Assembly (NCBI GenBank): GCA_041581405.1
Contig: JBFIDI010000001.1
Location: 1-41,862 of the forward strand
Reading direction: 5' to 3'
Length of the DNA: 41,862 bases
Source of the DNA: Burkholderiaceae bacterium
GTDB taxonomy: Bacteria; Pseudomonadota; Gammaproteobacteria; Burkholderiales; Burkholderiaceae_C
Under the pieces are notes generated by a model. It had not been told where the DNA came from. It ran no database searches and saw only the letters and a list, made by a program, of their open reading frames with translations. Every line of letters begins with the position of its first letter. Within the stretch, counting starts at the first letter, position 1. Position numbers and translations under genes: made by a program. This document shows positions 27,210 through 36,743 of the stretch, in pieces.

Positions 27210-30053
27210 ATGGCCGACGACAACATCCAGGCGGTATATCCGCTCACCGCGGTCCAGGAAGGTCTGTTGCTGCACACCATCGACGGCAAGCGGTCGGGCG
27301 CCTATTTCGAGCAGTACGCCTGCGATCTGCACGGCACACCCGACATCGTGCAGTTGCGGGCCGCCTGGCAACAGTCGGTCGACCGGCATGACGTATTGCG
27401 GACGCTGTTTACATGGGAGGGTCGCGACCGGCCCTTGCAGCTCGTGCGCAAGCGCGTGCAGTTGCCCTGGACCGAACACGACTGGCAGTCGATGCCGCAG
27501 GGCGAGCAGCAGCGGCGTTGGCAGCTGTTCCTGGCCGACGACCGCAGCCAGGGTTTTGCGCTGGATTCTGCACCGCTGTTGCGCGTTCAGCTGATCGCGC
27601 TGGCGCCCGCGTGTTGGCGGATGCTGGTGAGTTTCCACCATGTGTTGATGGACGCATGGTCGTTGCAGATCCTGCTCGACGAAGTCTGGCAGACGTATCG
27701 GGCCGCCTGTGACGGTAAGCCGGATGAATGGGCGAAGCCGCTGCCCTACGCTGATTTTGTCGCCTGGTCGGCTGCGCAGGATCGCGAGCAGGGCATTGCG
27801 TTCTGGCGCGCGGCACTGGACGGATATGCAGCCGTGCCCGCACCATCTTTCGGCCCTGCGCCGCCCGCACCGACCCAGGAAAGCGCCACCACATTGCGCC
27901 GCGACCTGGCGCCAGACCGGTTCGCCCGTATCGAGCAGGGCGCGCGCCGCGAACGGGTGACACTGGGTTGCTGTGTAGCCGGTGCCTGGGCCGTGCTGCT
28001 GGCGCGTTATGCGGGCCAGTCGGATGTCGCCTTCGGGTACACCAGCGCCGGAAGGCCGGCTGAACTGGAAGGTGCACAAACCTTGGTGGGCCTGTGCATG
28101 AACACGCCACCACTGCGCGTGCGCATCGATCCGCTGCAAGAGCCGGGCCCTTGGTTGCGCGCCTTGCTGGCGTTGCAGGTACAGATGCGCGCATTCGAAC
28201 ACACCCCTCTGGTCGATATCCATCGGGCCAGTGGCGTCCCCGCCGGCCAATCGTTGTTCGATACGGTCCTGGTGGTGGAAAACGCGCCGATGCATTCCCA
28301 GCCGCTCGGGCATGGCCGGCAGGTCGAGGTGCGCGACGAGAACTACCTGGCCCACAGCCACTATCCGCTGGCGCTGATCGTGATCCCGGGAAAGACCTTG
28401 TCCTTGCGGCTGGTGTTCGACCCCGGCCGTTACGACGAGGCGGCGATGCACCGTGTGCTCGACCATATGGAACAGGCACTGGACGCATTGTGCGACGCGT
28501 CGCTCCAGCGGTTGCGCGACATCGAAATCCTGCCACCGCACGAGGCCGACCGTGTGGCTGGTGCTGCACCGCGCCCCGGCGAAGGGCGAACCATCGTCGA
28601 GGCCATGCGCGTGCATGTCGCGACGCAACCGCAGGTGATGGCACTCGTGGATGGCAACGAGCAGCTGACATGGGCCGACTTCGCGCAGCGTACGGACGTA
28701 TTGGCCGGTCGGTTGCAGGCGCTCGGCGCAGGGCCGGGCGTGTGCGTCCCCATCTGCGCTACCCGGTCCGCGTCGGTGGTGCTGGCCATGGTGGCGGTGC
28801 TCAAGGCCGGCGCTGCCCATGTCGTGATCGATGCCGGCCTGCCACCCGCACGCATCGACAGCGTGCTGGCCGATCTGGCGGCCGGTGTGGCGGCAGGCAG
28901 CGGGACCCTGGCGGGATTTGTCCTGGTCGATGATGCCGGTATGCGCGTGCTGGCGCTGCCGCCAGATGCGATGGTGGCCATCGACGTGGCCTCCCGCGGT
29001 GCGCAAGCGCCGGACCCGGTTGCGCCGCCCGCGATGGACGATCCGGCGTATCTGATCTATACATCGGGTTCGACCGGCGCGCCCAAGGGTGTGGTGCTGA
29101 CCCACCGCAATCTGAGCGCATCGCTGCTGGCGCGGGAGGTGTTTTACCCGTCTGCGCCGCAGCGTTACCTGCTGTTGTCCTCGATCGCCACGGACAGCGC
29201 GATCGCCGGCGTCTACTGGCCGCTGTTCACGGGCGGCACGCTGGTCGTCGCGCCGCAGCGCATCGAACAGGATCCGCTGCGCCTGGTGCAACGCATCGAC
29301 GTCGAGCGCATCAGTCACCTGTTGTGCCTGCCAAGCTTGTGGGAAGCCGTGCTCGAGCAGCTGCCGCAGTCGGGGCTGGGCCGCCTGCGCGTGGTGGTGG
29401 TGGCGGGAGAAGCCTGTCCGCCGGCCTTGGTCGACATGCATCACGCGCGCCTGCCGCACGTGGCCTTGTACAACGAATATGGCCCGGCGGAAGCAGCCGT
29501 CTGGTCGACGGCGATCAAGCTCGATCCTGGTGTCGTCGCGCGTGCGGGTTGCGTGCCCATTGGTCATGCCATCAGCACGGCCGCTGTTTCGGTGCGCGAC
29601 GCCCATGGCCGTCCTTGTCCGCAGGGCATTGCCGGGGAATTGTGTATTGCCGGTGCCGGGCTCGCGCGTGGTTACTGGAAACCGGATCCAAGAGATGCTG
29701 CGCGTTTCGCAGACGACCCGCAGCATCCTGGCAGTCGGCTGTACCGCAGCGGCGACCTGGGGCGGCAACTGCCGGACGGTGCGTTCGCATTCCTGGGCCG
29801 GATCGACAACCAGGTCAAGATTCGCGGGTACCGGGTGGAACCGGAGGAGGTCGAGCGGGTGCTGGCACGTCATCCGGACCTGCGCGAAGTGGTCGTCGTG
29901 GCTGCGCCGCATGCCGTGTCGGACGAGCCGCAGGCGCTGTGCCAGGCCTTGTCGGCTTTGCCTCCCGCCGATGCGCAGCGCTTGTTGTCGCTGGTCGAGA
30001 CCATGCAGGATGCGCCACCGGCCTGGGCATCCGGTGCCAGGAGCCTGTCGTGA
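27210..30053 (+). CDS. NRPS C(DCL-type)-A core (His-type code), ending just after motif A8
   Basis: NIQAVYPLTAVQEG, FHHVLMDAWS, YTSGSTGAPKG, NEYGPAE, YRSGD, GRIDNQVKIRGYRVE. No A9/A10 or T before the stop. Confidence 0.9.
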   Translation: MADDNIQAVYPLTAVQEGLLLHTIDGKRSGAYFEQYACDLHGTPDIVQLRAAWQQSVDRHDVLRTLFTWEGRDRPLQLVRKRVQLPWTEHDWQSMPQGEQQRRWQLFLADDRSQGFALDSAPLLRVQLIALAPACWRMLVSFHHVLMDAWSLQILLDEVWQTYRAACDGKPDEWAKPLPYADFVAWSAAQDREQGIAFWRAALDGYAAVPAPSFGPAPPAPTQESATTLRRDLAPDRFARIEQGARRERVTLGCCVAGAWAVLLARYAGQSDVAFGYTSAGRPAELEGAQTLVGLCMNTPPLRVRIDPLQEPGPWLRALLALQVQMRAFEHTPLVDIHRASGVPAGQSLFDTVLVVENAPMHSQPLGHGRQVEVRDENYLAHSHYPLALIVIPGKTLSLRLVFDPGRYDEAAMHRVLDHMEQALDALCDASLQRLRDIEILPPHEADRVAGAAPRPGEGRTIVEAMRVHVATQPQVMALVDGNEQLTWADFAQRTDVLAGRLQALGAGPGVCVPICATRSASVVLAMVAVLKAGAAHVVIDAGLPPARIDSVLADLAAGVAAGSGTLAGFVLVDDAGMRVLALPPDAMVAIDVASRGAQAPDPVAPPAMDDPAYLIYTSGSTGAPKGVVLTHRNLSASLLAREVFYPSAPQRYLLLSSIATDSAIAGVYWPLFTGGTLVVAPQRIEQDPLRLVQRIDVERISHLLCLPSLWEAVLEQLPQSGLGRLRVVVVAGEACPPALVDMHHARLPHVALYNEYGPAEAAVWSTAIKLDPGVVARAGCVPIGHAISTAAVSVRDAHGRPCPQGIAGELCIAGAGLARGYWKPDPRDAARFADDPQHPGSRLYRSGDLGRQLPDGAFAFLGRIDNQVKIRGYRVEPEEVERVLARHPDLREVVVVAAPHAVSDEPQALCQALSALPPADAQRLLSLVETMQDAPPAWASGARSLS

Positions 30054-30841
30054 CGCGCCGATTGAAACGCCAGCGCGATTTCGACATCACGCTCGACATC
30101 AAGAACGCGGGATTCATGCGGGCGCCGCGAGAGGCGCAGCGCAACTGGCTGCTGAACCGCGCGATGTCCGAGTTCGCGGCGGACCTCGTGGCGCTTGACC
30201 GCCTGGCGCCAGCGCTTGTTCCCGGCGTGGATGTGAAATACACCGGCGACCGGGCGCAGGCCGAACTGTCGGATGCAGAGATCATGGAGGACTGGCAGAT
30301 ACCCATCATGGCGGCGATGGCCGAGGTGGTCGGCGCCGGCCATGGGCATGTGCTGGAGATCGGCTACGGCCGCGGCATCGCCTCGGCCATGATCCAGGCC
30401 GCAGGGGTGGCCAGCCATACCGTGATCGAATGCAACCTGCCCATCGTGCGGCGCTGCGAACAATGGGCTGCGACCCTGCCCGGGCGGGACATCCGGATCG
30501 TGCCGGGCCTGTGGCAGGACGTGCTCGGTACGCTGGGTCGTTTCGACGGGATTTTTTTTCATACCTATCCGCTCAACGAGGAGGAACTGGTCGAACAGAT
30601 CGGGGAATCCACGACGTTTGCCGAACATTTCTTCGGCCATGCGGCGCAGCACCTGGTCGATGGCGGGGTGTTCACCTACCTGTCGAACGAGATGGACTCG
30701 CTCGGGCGCGGCCATCAACGTGCCTTGTTGCAGCATTTCTCCAGCATCACGATGCGCCGGATCGCGCCGCTCGACCTGCCGTCGGACGTGCGTGATGCAT
30801 GGTGGTCGGACACCATGATGCTGGTGGCAGCAGTCAAATAG
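30050..30841 (+). CDS. Class I SAM-dependent methyltransferase, GAMT/Rmt2-like
   Basis: AGGAG RBS and GTGA overlap; IMEDWQIPIM, VLEIGYGRGI, HTVIECN, GLWQDV, FDGIFFHTYP. Confidence 0.88.
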   Translation: MTRRLKRQRDFDITLDIKNAGFMRAPREAQRNWLLNRAMSEFAADLVALDRLAPALVPGVDVKYTGDRAQAELSDAEIMEDWQIPIMAAMAEVVGAGHGHVLEIGYGRGIASAMIQAAGVASHTVIECNLPIVRRCEQWAATLPGRDIRIVPGLWQDVLGTLGRFDGIFFHTYPLNEEELVEQIGESTTFAEHFFGHAAQHLVDGGVFTYLSNEMDSLGRGHQRALLQHFSSITMRRIAPLDLPSDVRDAWWSDTMMLVAAVK

Positions 30842-30849
30842 GCGGTTGC

Positions 30850-32862
30850 ATGCACGATTCGACGACGACCAATGAATTGACCGCACGGGTGGAGAAACTG
30901 GCGCCCTGGCAACGCCAGTGGTTGGCCGCGGCGCTGGCGCGCGATCATGTGCAGAAGGACGGCAAGCAACGCCTGGTCGCCTGGATGGTGCCGGTGCCGG
31001 ATCGTGAGCCGGCGCTGGCGGATCTTCGGTCGTTTGTCGGCGCGCAACTGCCCGACTACATGGTGCCGCACCAGTTCATTGTTGCCGACGCCCTGCCGCG
31101 CGCAACCAGTGGCAAGCTCGACCGGGCTGCCTTGGGCTTCCAGGCTGCCTGTGTCGGCGGCGCACAGCGCGAGCCTCAGGCCGCGGCCAGCGGCGATGAG
31201 GCGGTACTGGCCGACATCTGGGCCGACGTGCTGGGGCTGGAATACGTGGGCGTGGACGAGAACTTCTTCGAACTCGGTGGTGATTCCCTGCTCAGCATCC
31301 GCATCCTGTCGCGTGCCCGGCGCGCCGGACTGGCGATCAGCCCCGAGCATTTTTTCGCCCATCCAACGGTTGCCGCCCAGGCACGCCTGGTCGATCGCAC
31401 ACAGCGCGCTGCTGCAGCGGATGCGCCCGGCGGTGCATTGCCGCTGACGCCGATCAGCCACTGGTTCTTCGAACGTATCCCCGTCGATCGCGGCCATTGG
31501 AACCAGTGTTTCGAGTGGCAGCTGGATGCAGCCGTCACGCCGGCCATGCTCCGCGACGCCTTGTCCGGTGTGTTGCGCCATCACGATGCCCTGCGGCTGC
31601 AGTTCACGAATGCGGGAGATGAGTGGCAGCCGCAGATCGGCGCGAGTGACGCGGCAGCGCCCCTGACCGTGGCCGACGTCGGTGGGCTGCGCGGCGCGGC
31701 GCTCGACGAGGCCCTGGAACGGCTGGCGCTGGCCTGCAACACGGCGATCGACCTGGCACGCGGCCCTATGCTGCATGCAACGCTGGCGCGCACCGATGGT
31801 GGTGCCGCCCATCGGCTGCTGCTCGCGGTCCATCACCTGGCCATCGACGCCTTGTCCTGGCGGGTATTGGTCGAGGACCTGGACACTGCGCTGACGCAGC
31901 AACTCGCGCAGCGGCCGGTCGGCTTGCCGGCGCCGAGTGCGAGCTTCTCGGCCTGGTCGCGGCAACTGGTCGCGGCGGCCCAATCGACGCCGATTCGCCA
32001 GCAGTTCGACTACTGGCAGCAGGCGTTGACCCACGGCGACCATCGCCTGCCGCTGGACCACGACCATGTGGCGGCTGCCAATAGTTGCACTTCGGCGCAG
32101 TCGATCCGCCTGCAGCTCGATGCCGAGACCAGTGCGCAGCTGGGTGCGCGTTCGATGGCCCGCGGCGGTTCCCGATTGGTCGAGGCCTTGTTGTGCGCCC
32201 TGACCGTGTCCATGGGCCTTTGGCGCGGCGACCAGGCGCTGATGGTCGACGTGGAAGGCCATGGTCGCGAACCCCTGTCGGACGATCTCGACCTGTCGCG
32301 GATGGTGGGATGGTGCACCTGCGTGTACCCCTTCCTGTTGCAACCGCAAGGCGGGTTGCAGGCCACGCTGGACGATGTCGGCCGTCGATTCCGGGCGATT
32401 CCGAACGGCGGTGTCGGTTATGGCCTGTTGCGTTATCTCAGTGCCGATCCGGCCGTGCGCGCGTCAATGGCCGGGGCAAGGCACGCGCAGCTGGTGTTCA
32501 ACTACCTCGGGCCTCTGGACATGTCTACGTCGCACGGCGGCAGCCTGAAGCAGGTGCGCGAACGCCGCACGCATGCACGCAGTGCCCATGGTCAGCGCGC
32601 GTATGCGATCGAGGTCAATGCCTGGCTCGAGGGCGGGCAGCTGGTGATCGACTGGCAATTCAGCACCGCGCTGCATCGGCCGGAAACGATACAGGCCCGG
32701 GTCGACGATTTCGCAGCATGCCTGCGTTCGATCGCGGATACGCAATCGCAGCGCGAACCGGATCGGCCGTCAGCCCGGGACTTTCCGCTGGCGGATCTCG
32801 ACGAAGCGGAGTTCGCCCGGCTGGCGGGATTACTGGGCGAGGGTGGGTCCGGCGAGCGCTAG
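30850..32862 (+). CDS. NRPS A-subdomain(A9-A10)-T-E protein
   Basis: RLVAW, LPDYMVP (A9), SGKLDR (A10 Lys), FFELGGDSL; E motifs HHLAIDALSW, EGHGRE, VGW.T..YP, PNGGVGYG, FNYLG; COM-like tail SARDFPLADL. Confidence 0.92.
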   Translation: MHDSTTTNELTARVEKLAPWQRQWLAAALARDHVQKDGKQRLVAWMVPVPDREPALADLRSFVGAQLPDYMVPHQFIVADALPRATSGKLDRAALGFQAACVGGAQREPQAAASGDEAVLADIWADVLGLEYVGVDENFFELGGDSLLSIRILSRARRAGLAISPEHFFAHPTVAAQARLVDRTQRAAAADAPGGALPLTPISHWFFERIPVDRGHWNQCFEWQLDAAVTPAMLRDALSGVLRHHDALRLQFTNAGDEWQPQIGASDAAAPLTVADVGGLRGAALDEALERLALACNTAIDLARGPMLHATLARTDGGAAHRLLLAVHHLAIDALSWRVLVEDLDTALTQQLAQRPVGLPAPSASFSAWSRQLVAAAQSTPIRQQFDYWQQALTHGDHRLPLDHDHVAAANSCTSAQSIRLQLDAETSAQLGARSMARGGSRLVEALLCALTVSMGLWRGDQALMVDVEGHGREPLSDDLDLSRMVGWCTCVYPFLLQPQGGLQATLDDVGRRFRAIPNGGVGYGLLRYLSADPAVRASMAGARHAQLVFNYLGPLDMSTSHGGSLKQVRERRTHARSAHGQRAYAIEVNAWLEGGQLVIDWQFSTALHRPETIQARVDDFAACLRSIADTQSQREPDRPSARDFPLADLDEAEFARLAGLLGEGGSGER

Positions 32863-32875
32863 ACAGGGCGACACG

Positions 32876-34371
32876 GTGAGTACCGCCACGACTTCGATCG
32901 GCCTGCGCATGGCGACCGGCGTGGCATGGGTGGTTGGCGCGCGCCTGCTCGTGCGACTGTTGGGCGTCATCGGCCTGGCCGTCCTGGCGCGGCTGCTGCA
33001 GCCCTCGGACTACGGGCTGATTGCACTGGCGACCGCGTTTGCGGCAGCGATCGAGTTGTTCGGTGCCTTCGACTTCGAGGTCTGGCTGGTGCGCCAACCG
33101 GCGCCGACTCCTGCACACTGCAACACGGTGTGGACCTTGTCGGTACTGCGCAGCGTGTTCACCGCCGCCGCCTTGTGCTTGGGTGCGGACGGCGTTGCGC
33201 TCGTTTTCTCCGAACCGCGGCTGGTCGATGTGGTGCACGTGCTGGCGCTGGGCATCCTGGTGTCCGCGCTGACCCATGTGGGCGTCGTCGACTTTCAACG
33301 TGACCTGCGGTTCGACCGCGCGTTCGCCTACCTGGGACTGGTCAAGTTCGGCTCCTTCGGGGTTGCACTGGGCGTTGCCCTGTGGCAAAGATCGTGTCGG
33401 GCGCTGCTGACCGGCATGGTTGCCGGCCAGGCGTTGCGCGTCGTATTCAGTTGTACGCTGTCGCGTTATCGACCGAGACTGTGCCTGAAGTATTGGCGCG
33501 AGGTGTTTGTTTTCTCCAAACGGTTGCTGGCGGGCAACGTGTTCGGATTCGCCTATCGGCAATCAGGCACTTTCCTGCTCGGGCGGCTCGCGATGCCCGA
33601 GGCGGTCGGCTTGTATGCCGTCGCGCGCGAGATCGCCGACCTCGCCCCTCGGAGATCGTCACGCCGATCCGGCGTGTGTTGCGGCCGGATTACGCGAGCA
33701 TGCGGAAAGGCCGATCTGTTCTGCGGCATGGCTTTGTCGAGGTATTTGCCGTGATCGCGCTGATCGGACTGCCCTGTGCCGCCAAAATCGTGGCGACTGC
33801 GCAACCGTTGGTGGCGACCTTGTTCGGTGCGCAATGGCAGGTGACGGTGGAACTGACGCGGGGGCTGGGCATCTACGCGCTGAGCTCGATCCTGATGGCC
33901 AATCAGGACCCGGTGCTGCTCGCGCTGGGACGCAGCCGCCTGGTCTCGATGCTGATCGCACTGGGTGTCGCCATGCTGGCGCCGGCGTTTGTACTTGGTT
34001 ACCGGTTGGGGGAGCTCGGCGGCGCCGTGATCGCGGTGAGTGCGGTCAACGTCGTGTTGTGGGTCGTGAGGCTGACGGTCACGTTGCGCGTGGTCGAGGT
34101 TGCGCCGCTGGAGTTGTTGCGCCCGACCTGGCGCGCCATGATCGGCACCATGGTCATGGTCACACTCATGTGGCCCCTGGCAGACGGACTGGCTGCGCGT
34201 GATCTTGCGCCGGCGATCAATCTGCTGGCCTGTGTTGTCGCCGGTGCGCTGGCGTACCTGTTCGTGGTGGGGTCGCCGTGGATGCTAGTGGGTCGCCCCT
34301 TGGGCCCGGAACACACCGTCTGCTCCTTCTTGCTGCGTCGTCGGTCTCGCCATGCAGGAGGCTCGCAGTGA
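32876..34371 (+). pseudogene. Wzx/MOP-superfamily polysaccharide-type flippase with an apparent 1-bp frameshift near 33645-33648
   Basis: N-half LARLLQPSDYGL..GLYAVAREIADL in one frame; C-half SEIVTPIRRVLRP..LFGAQW in another; the junction is at a CCCC run. Confidence 0.8.
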
Positions 34372-36026
34372 ATCACGCCGGCTCGCCCGTGGCATCGACA
34401 TCCGGGTCGTGGGGATCGCGCTTCGATCGCTGGATGCATGACAAGGGTGCACGCGTGGACGTGCCGTTCTACGTCTACACCGCAGCGACGTTGCTGGCGT
34501 TCGTGCTGATGGACCGTGCCATGGAGCGGTTTGGCAAGATGCCGCTCGTGCTTTATGGGCAGCCGTGGCTGGTTGGGGCGCAGATGGAGCGACTCGGCTG
34601 GATGCCGCTGCTGGTGTTGGTGCTCGGATGCCTGTGGCTGGCTCGTCGTGGCCACCTGTTGGCCGGATGGGCTGACTGGGGCGGCGGGCGGGAACTGCGC
34701 CTGTTCGTGGTTGGATTGGGCGCGCTCATGGTCTGGCCCTTTGCGACCTACGGCTTCAACCACTTCTTCGACCAGGGCCACTACGCTTCGCGCCTGATGC
34801 TGATCGTATTGCTGGGGCTGTCGTGGTGGCGCCCCGTGTTCATTTTCCCCTTGCTGGCGCTGCTGTATACGGTCATGGGCCAACTGTCGGTCTATGCGTT
34901 GGGCGGTTCGATCCTGGCGCACAAACTGCAAGTCCTGCATGTGCTCAATTTGTTTGCAGCGGCATGGTTCGTCCGGTCGCTGACCGGCCATCGGCGCGTC
35001 GACGTTTTCTGGTTCCTCAGCCTGTGCCTGGTCGCTGGTGCCTATTGGGTCGCGTTCCTTGCCAAGATGCAGATCGACTGGTTCGGCTACGGCAAGACGT
35101 TTCACGCGTTGCCGGCCGCTTACGCGCACGGTTGGCTCGGTTTTCTGGACGCAGAGCGCATCGTCGCATTCGTCGACCTGATCCGGCCGTTCGATGGTGT
35201 CATGCAATTCGCGGTGCTGTTGTTCGAGGGCGGTTGCCTGTTGATATTCAGCCATCGGCGTGTTGCAGCGGCCTTGCTGGCAGCCCTGGTCGTTTTTCAC
35301 ACGGGCGTGTTCCTGTTGTTCGGCTTCCTGTTCTGGACCTGGATGGCGCTGGACGCGGCCCTGCTGGCGTTGGTCGTGTCTGGTCGCATGCGGATGCCGG
35401 TCGATGTCTTCTCCCGCCGCAACCTGTTTGTTTCGTTGCTGCTGATCAGCAGCGCTGCATGGTGGGCACGGCCGCCTGTGTTGGGCTGGTTCGATACCCG
35501 TGTCAACTACACCTACAAGATCGACGCGCATATGGCCGACGGCACACGCGTGCGATTGGCGCCACAGTTCTTCGCACCGTACGAGGATGTATTCACGATG
35601 GCCAGTTTCGGATACCTGGTTGCGGACCATCCCTTGCTGGTCGGGCCGTACGGCGTCAGTGCCGACCGGCGTGTTGCCGAGGCCTTGCGCGAACCGACGG
35701 ATGCGGCCGGCTTGTTGCGGATCGAGCGGGAGCTCGGTGCCGCGCGATTCGATGCAGCCCGAAGTGCGGACTTCGCCAATTTCATCAAACGTTTTGTCGC
35801 CAATCGCAATGGCAGTGGCCCGATGGGCGCGACGTGGTATGCGCTGGCGCCGCCGCGCCAGTTCTGGAGTTTCGATGGCAGCCTGCCCGACGCCGCGGTG
35901 CCGATCCATGCGATCACGGTGGTGGAGCAGACCACGTATTTCGATGACCATCGCATCGCGGTCGTGCGCGAACAGGAGGTGGCGCACTTCCGGATCGATT
36001 CGCAGGTTCTGGCGCCTGGGCGATGA
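34368..36026 (+). CDS. Polytopic membrane protein, HTTM / vitamin-K-carboxylase-like, with C-terminal soluble domain
   Basis: AGGAGG RBS, GTGA overlap; many TM helices; AY....AK...W..G and FHTGVF..F..F.W patterns; followed by a DCC1-like gene. The family assignment is tentative. Confidence 0.6.
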   Translation: MNHAGSPVASTSGSWGSRFDRWMHDKGARVDVPFYVYTAATLLAFVLMDRAMERFGKMPLVLYGQPWLVGAQMERLGWMPLLVLVLGCLWLARRGHLLAGWADWGGGRELRLFVVGLGALMVWPFATYGFNHFFDQGHYASRLMLIVLLGLSWWRPVFIFPLLALLYTVMGQLSVYALGGSILAHKLQVLHVLNLFAAAWFVRSLTGHRRVDVFWFLSLCLVAGAYWVAFLAKMQIDWFGYGKTFHALPAAYAHGWLGFLDAERIVAFVDLIRPFDGVMQFAVLLFEGGCLLIFSHRRVAAALLAALVVFHTGVFLLFGFLFWTWMALDAALLALVVSGRMRMPVDVFSRRNLFVSLLLISSAAWWARPPVLGWFDTRVNYTYKIDAHMADGTRVRLAPQFFAPYEDVFTMASFGYLVADHPLLVGPYGVSADRRVAEALREPTDAAGLLRIERELGAARFDAARSADFANFIKRFVANRNGSGPMGATWYALAPPRQFWSFDGSLPDAAVPIHAITVVEQTTYFDDHRIAVVREQEVAHFRIDSQVLAPGR

Positions 36027-36544
36027 TGCAGGACGCGCACGGCAACCGCATGGCAGCTTTCGATCCTCTCCCGCCCATCATCGTGTTCGATGGCCACTGT
36101 CGCCTGTGCCTGGCGTCCCTGAGGTTCATCGAGAGGCACGACCACGCGCATCGGTTCCGCTACCTGCCGTTCCAGGCCGCCGCCGGCCGGCTCGTGTCGG
36201 AGCGGCTGGCGATGGATCCCGAGGCGCTGGATTCGTTCGTGCTGCTGGACGAGGGACGCGCCATGACCAAGACGGCGGCCTGGTGCCGGATCCTGATGGC
36301 GCTGGGGCCTCCGTGGTCATGGCTGGGGCGTGTTGCGCGCTGGGTGCCAGCCGCGCTGGGCGATCGTGTCTACGATCTTGTCGGCCGCAACCGCGTGCGT
36401 TGGTTTGGTCGACTCGACGCATGCCCCTGGCCACTGCCCGATGACCCGTTGGCGGCCGAGGCGGTGCAGGTGACTGCGGCACTGGACGCGATCCGAACGC
36501 CTGCGCCGGATTCGGGCAATCGTGCCCGTGCACCGGATCCGTGA
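36023..36544 (+). CDS. DCC1-like thiol-disulfide oxidoreductase (DUF393/YuxK)
   Basis: VFDGHCRLC (DxxCxxC), F.PFQ, D..YD.V.RNR.RWFG. Confidence 0.9.
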   Translation: MMQDAHGNRMAAFDPLPPIIVFDGHCRLCLASLRFIERHDHAHRFRYLPFQAAAGRLVSERLAMDPEALDSFVLLDEGRAMTKTAAWCRILMALGPPWSWLGRVARWVPAALGDRVYDLVGRNRVRWFGRLDACPWPLPDDPLAAEAVQVTAALDAIRTPAPDSGNRARAPDP

Positions 36545-36743
36545 GGCAGCGGCGCGGGCGGGTCAGACGATCAAGTGCCAATGGACAGGACGACAGCAGC
36601 GAACGGCCTGCGCGCGAGCTTCGACGGCAAGCTGCCACGCGCGGCGACACCGTGTGCCGTGCACTCGGTACACTGGTGTGGCCTGGCAGCGCCGACGTGG
36701 CGCGTCAAGGGGTTCCAGGCGAGCATCATCGGAGGCCTGTTGC

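Noticed and set aside
29324-30049. 505-aa version of the methyltransferase ORF
   Set aside because: The upstream part overlaps the NRPS in another frame and is low-complexity; GTG 30050 has an RBS.
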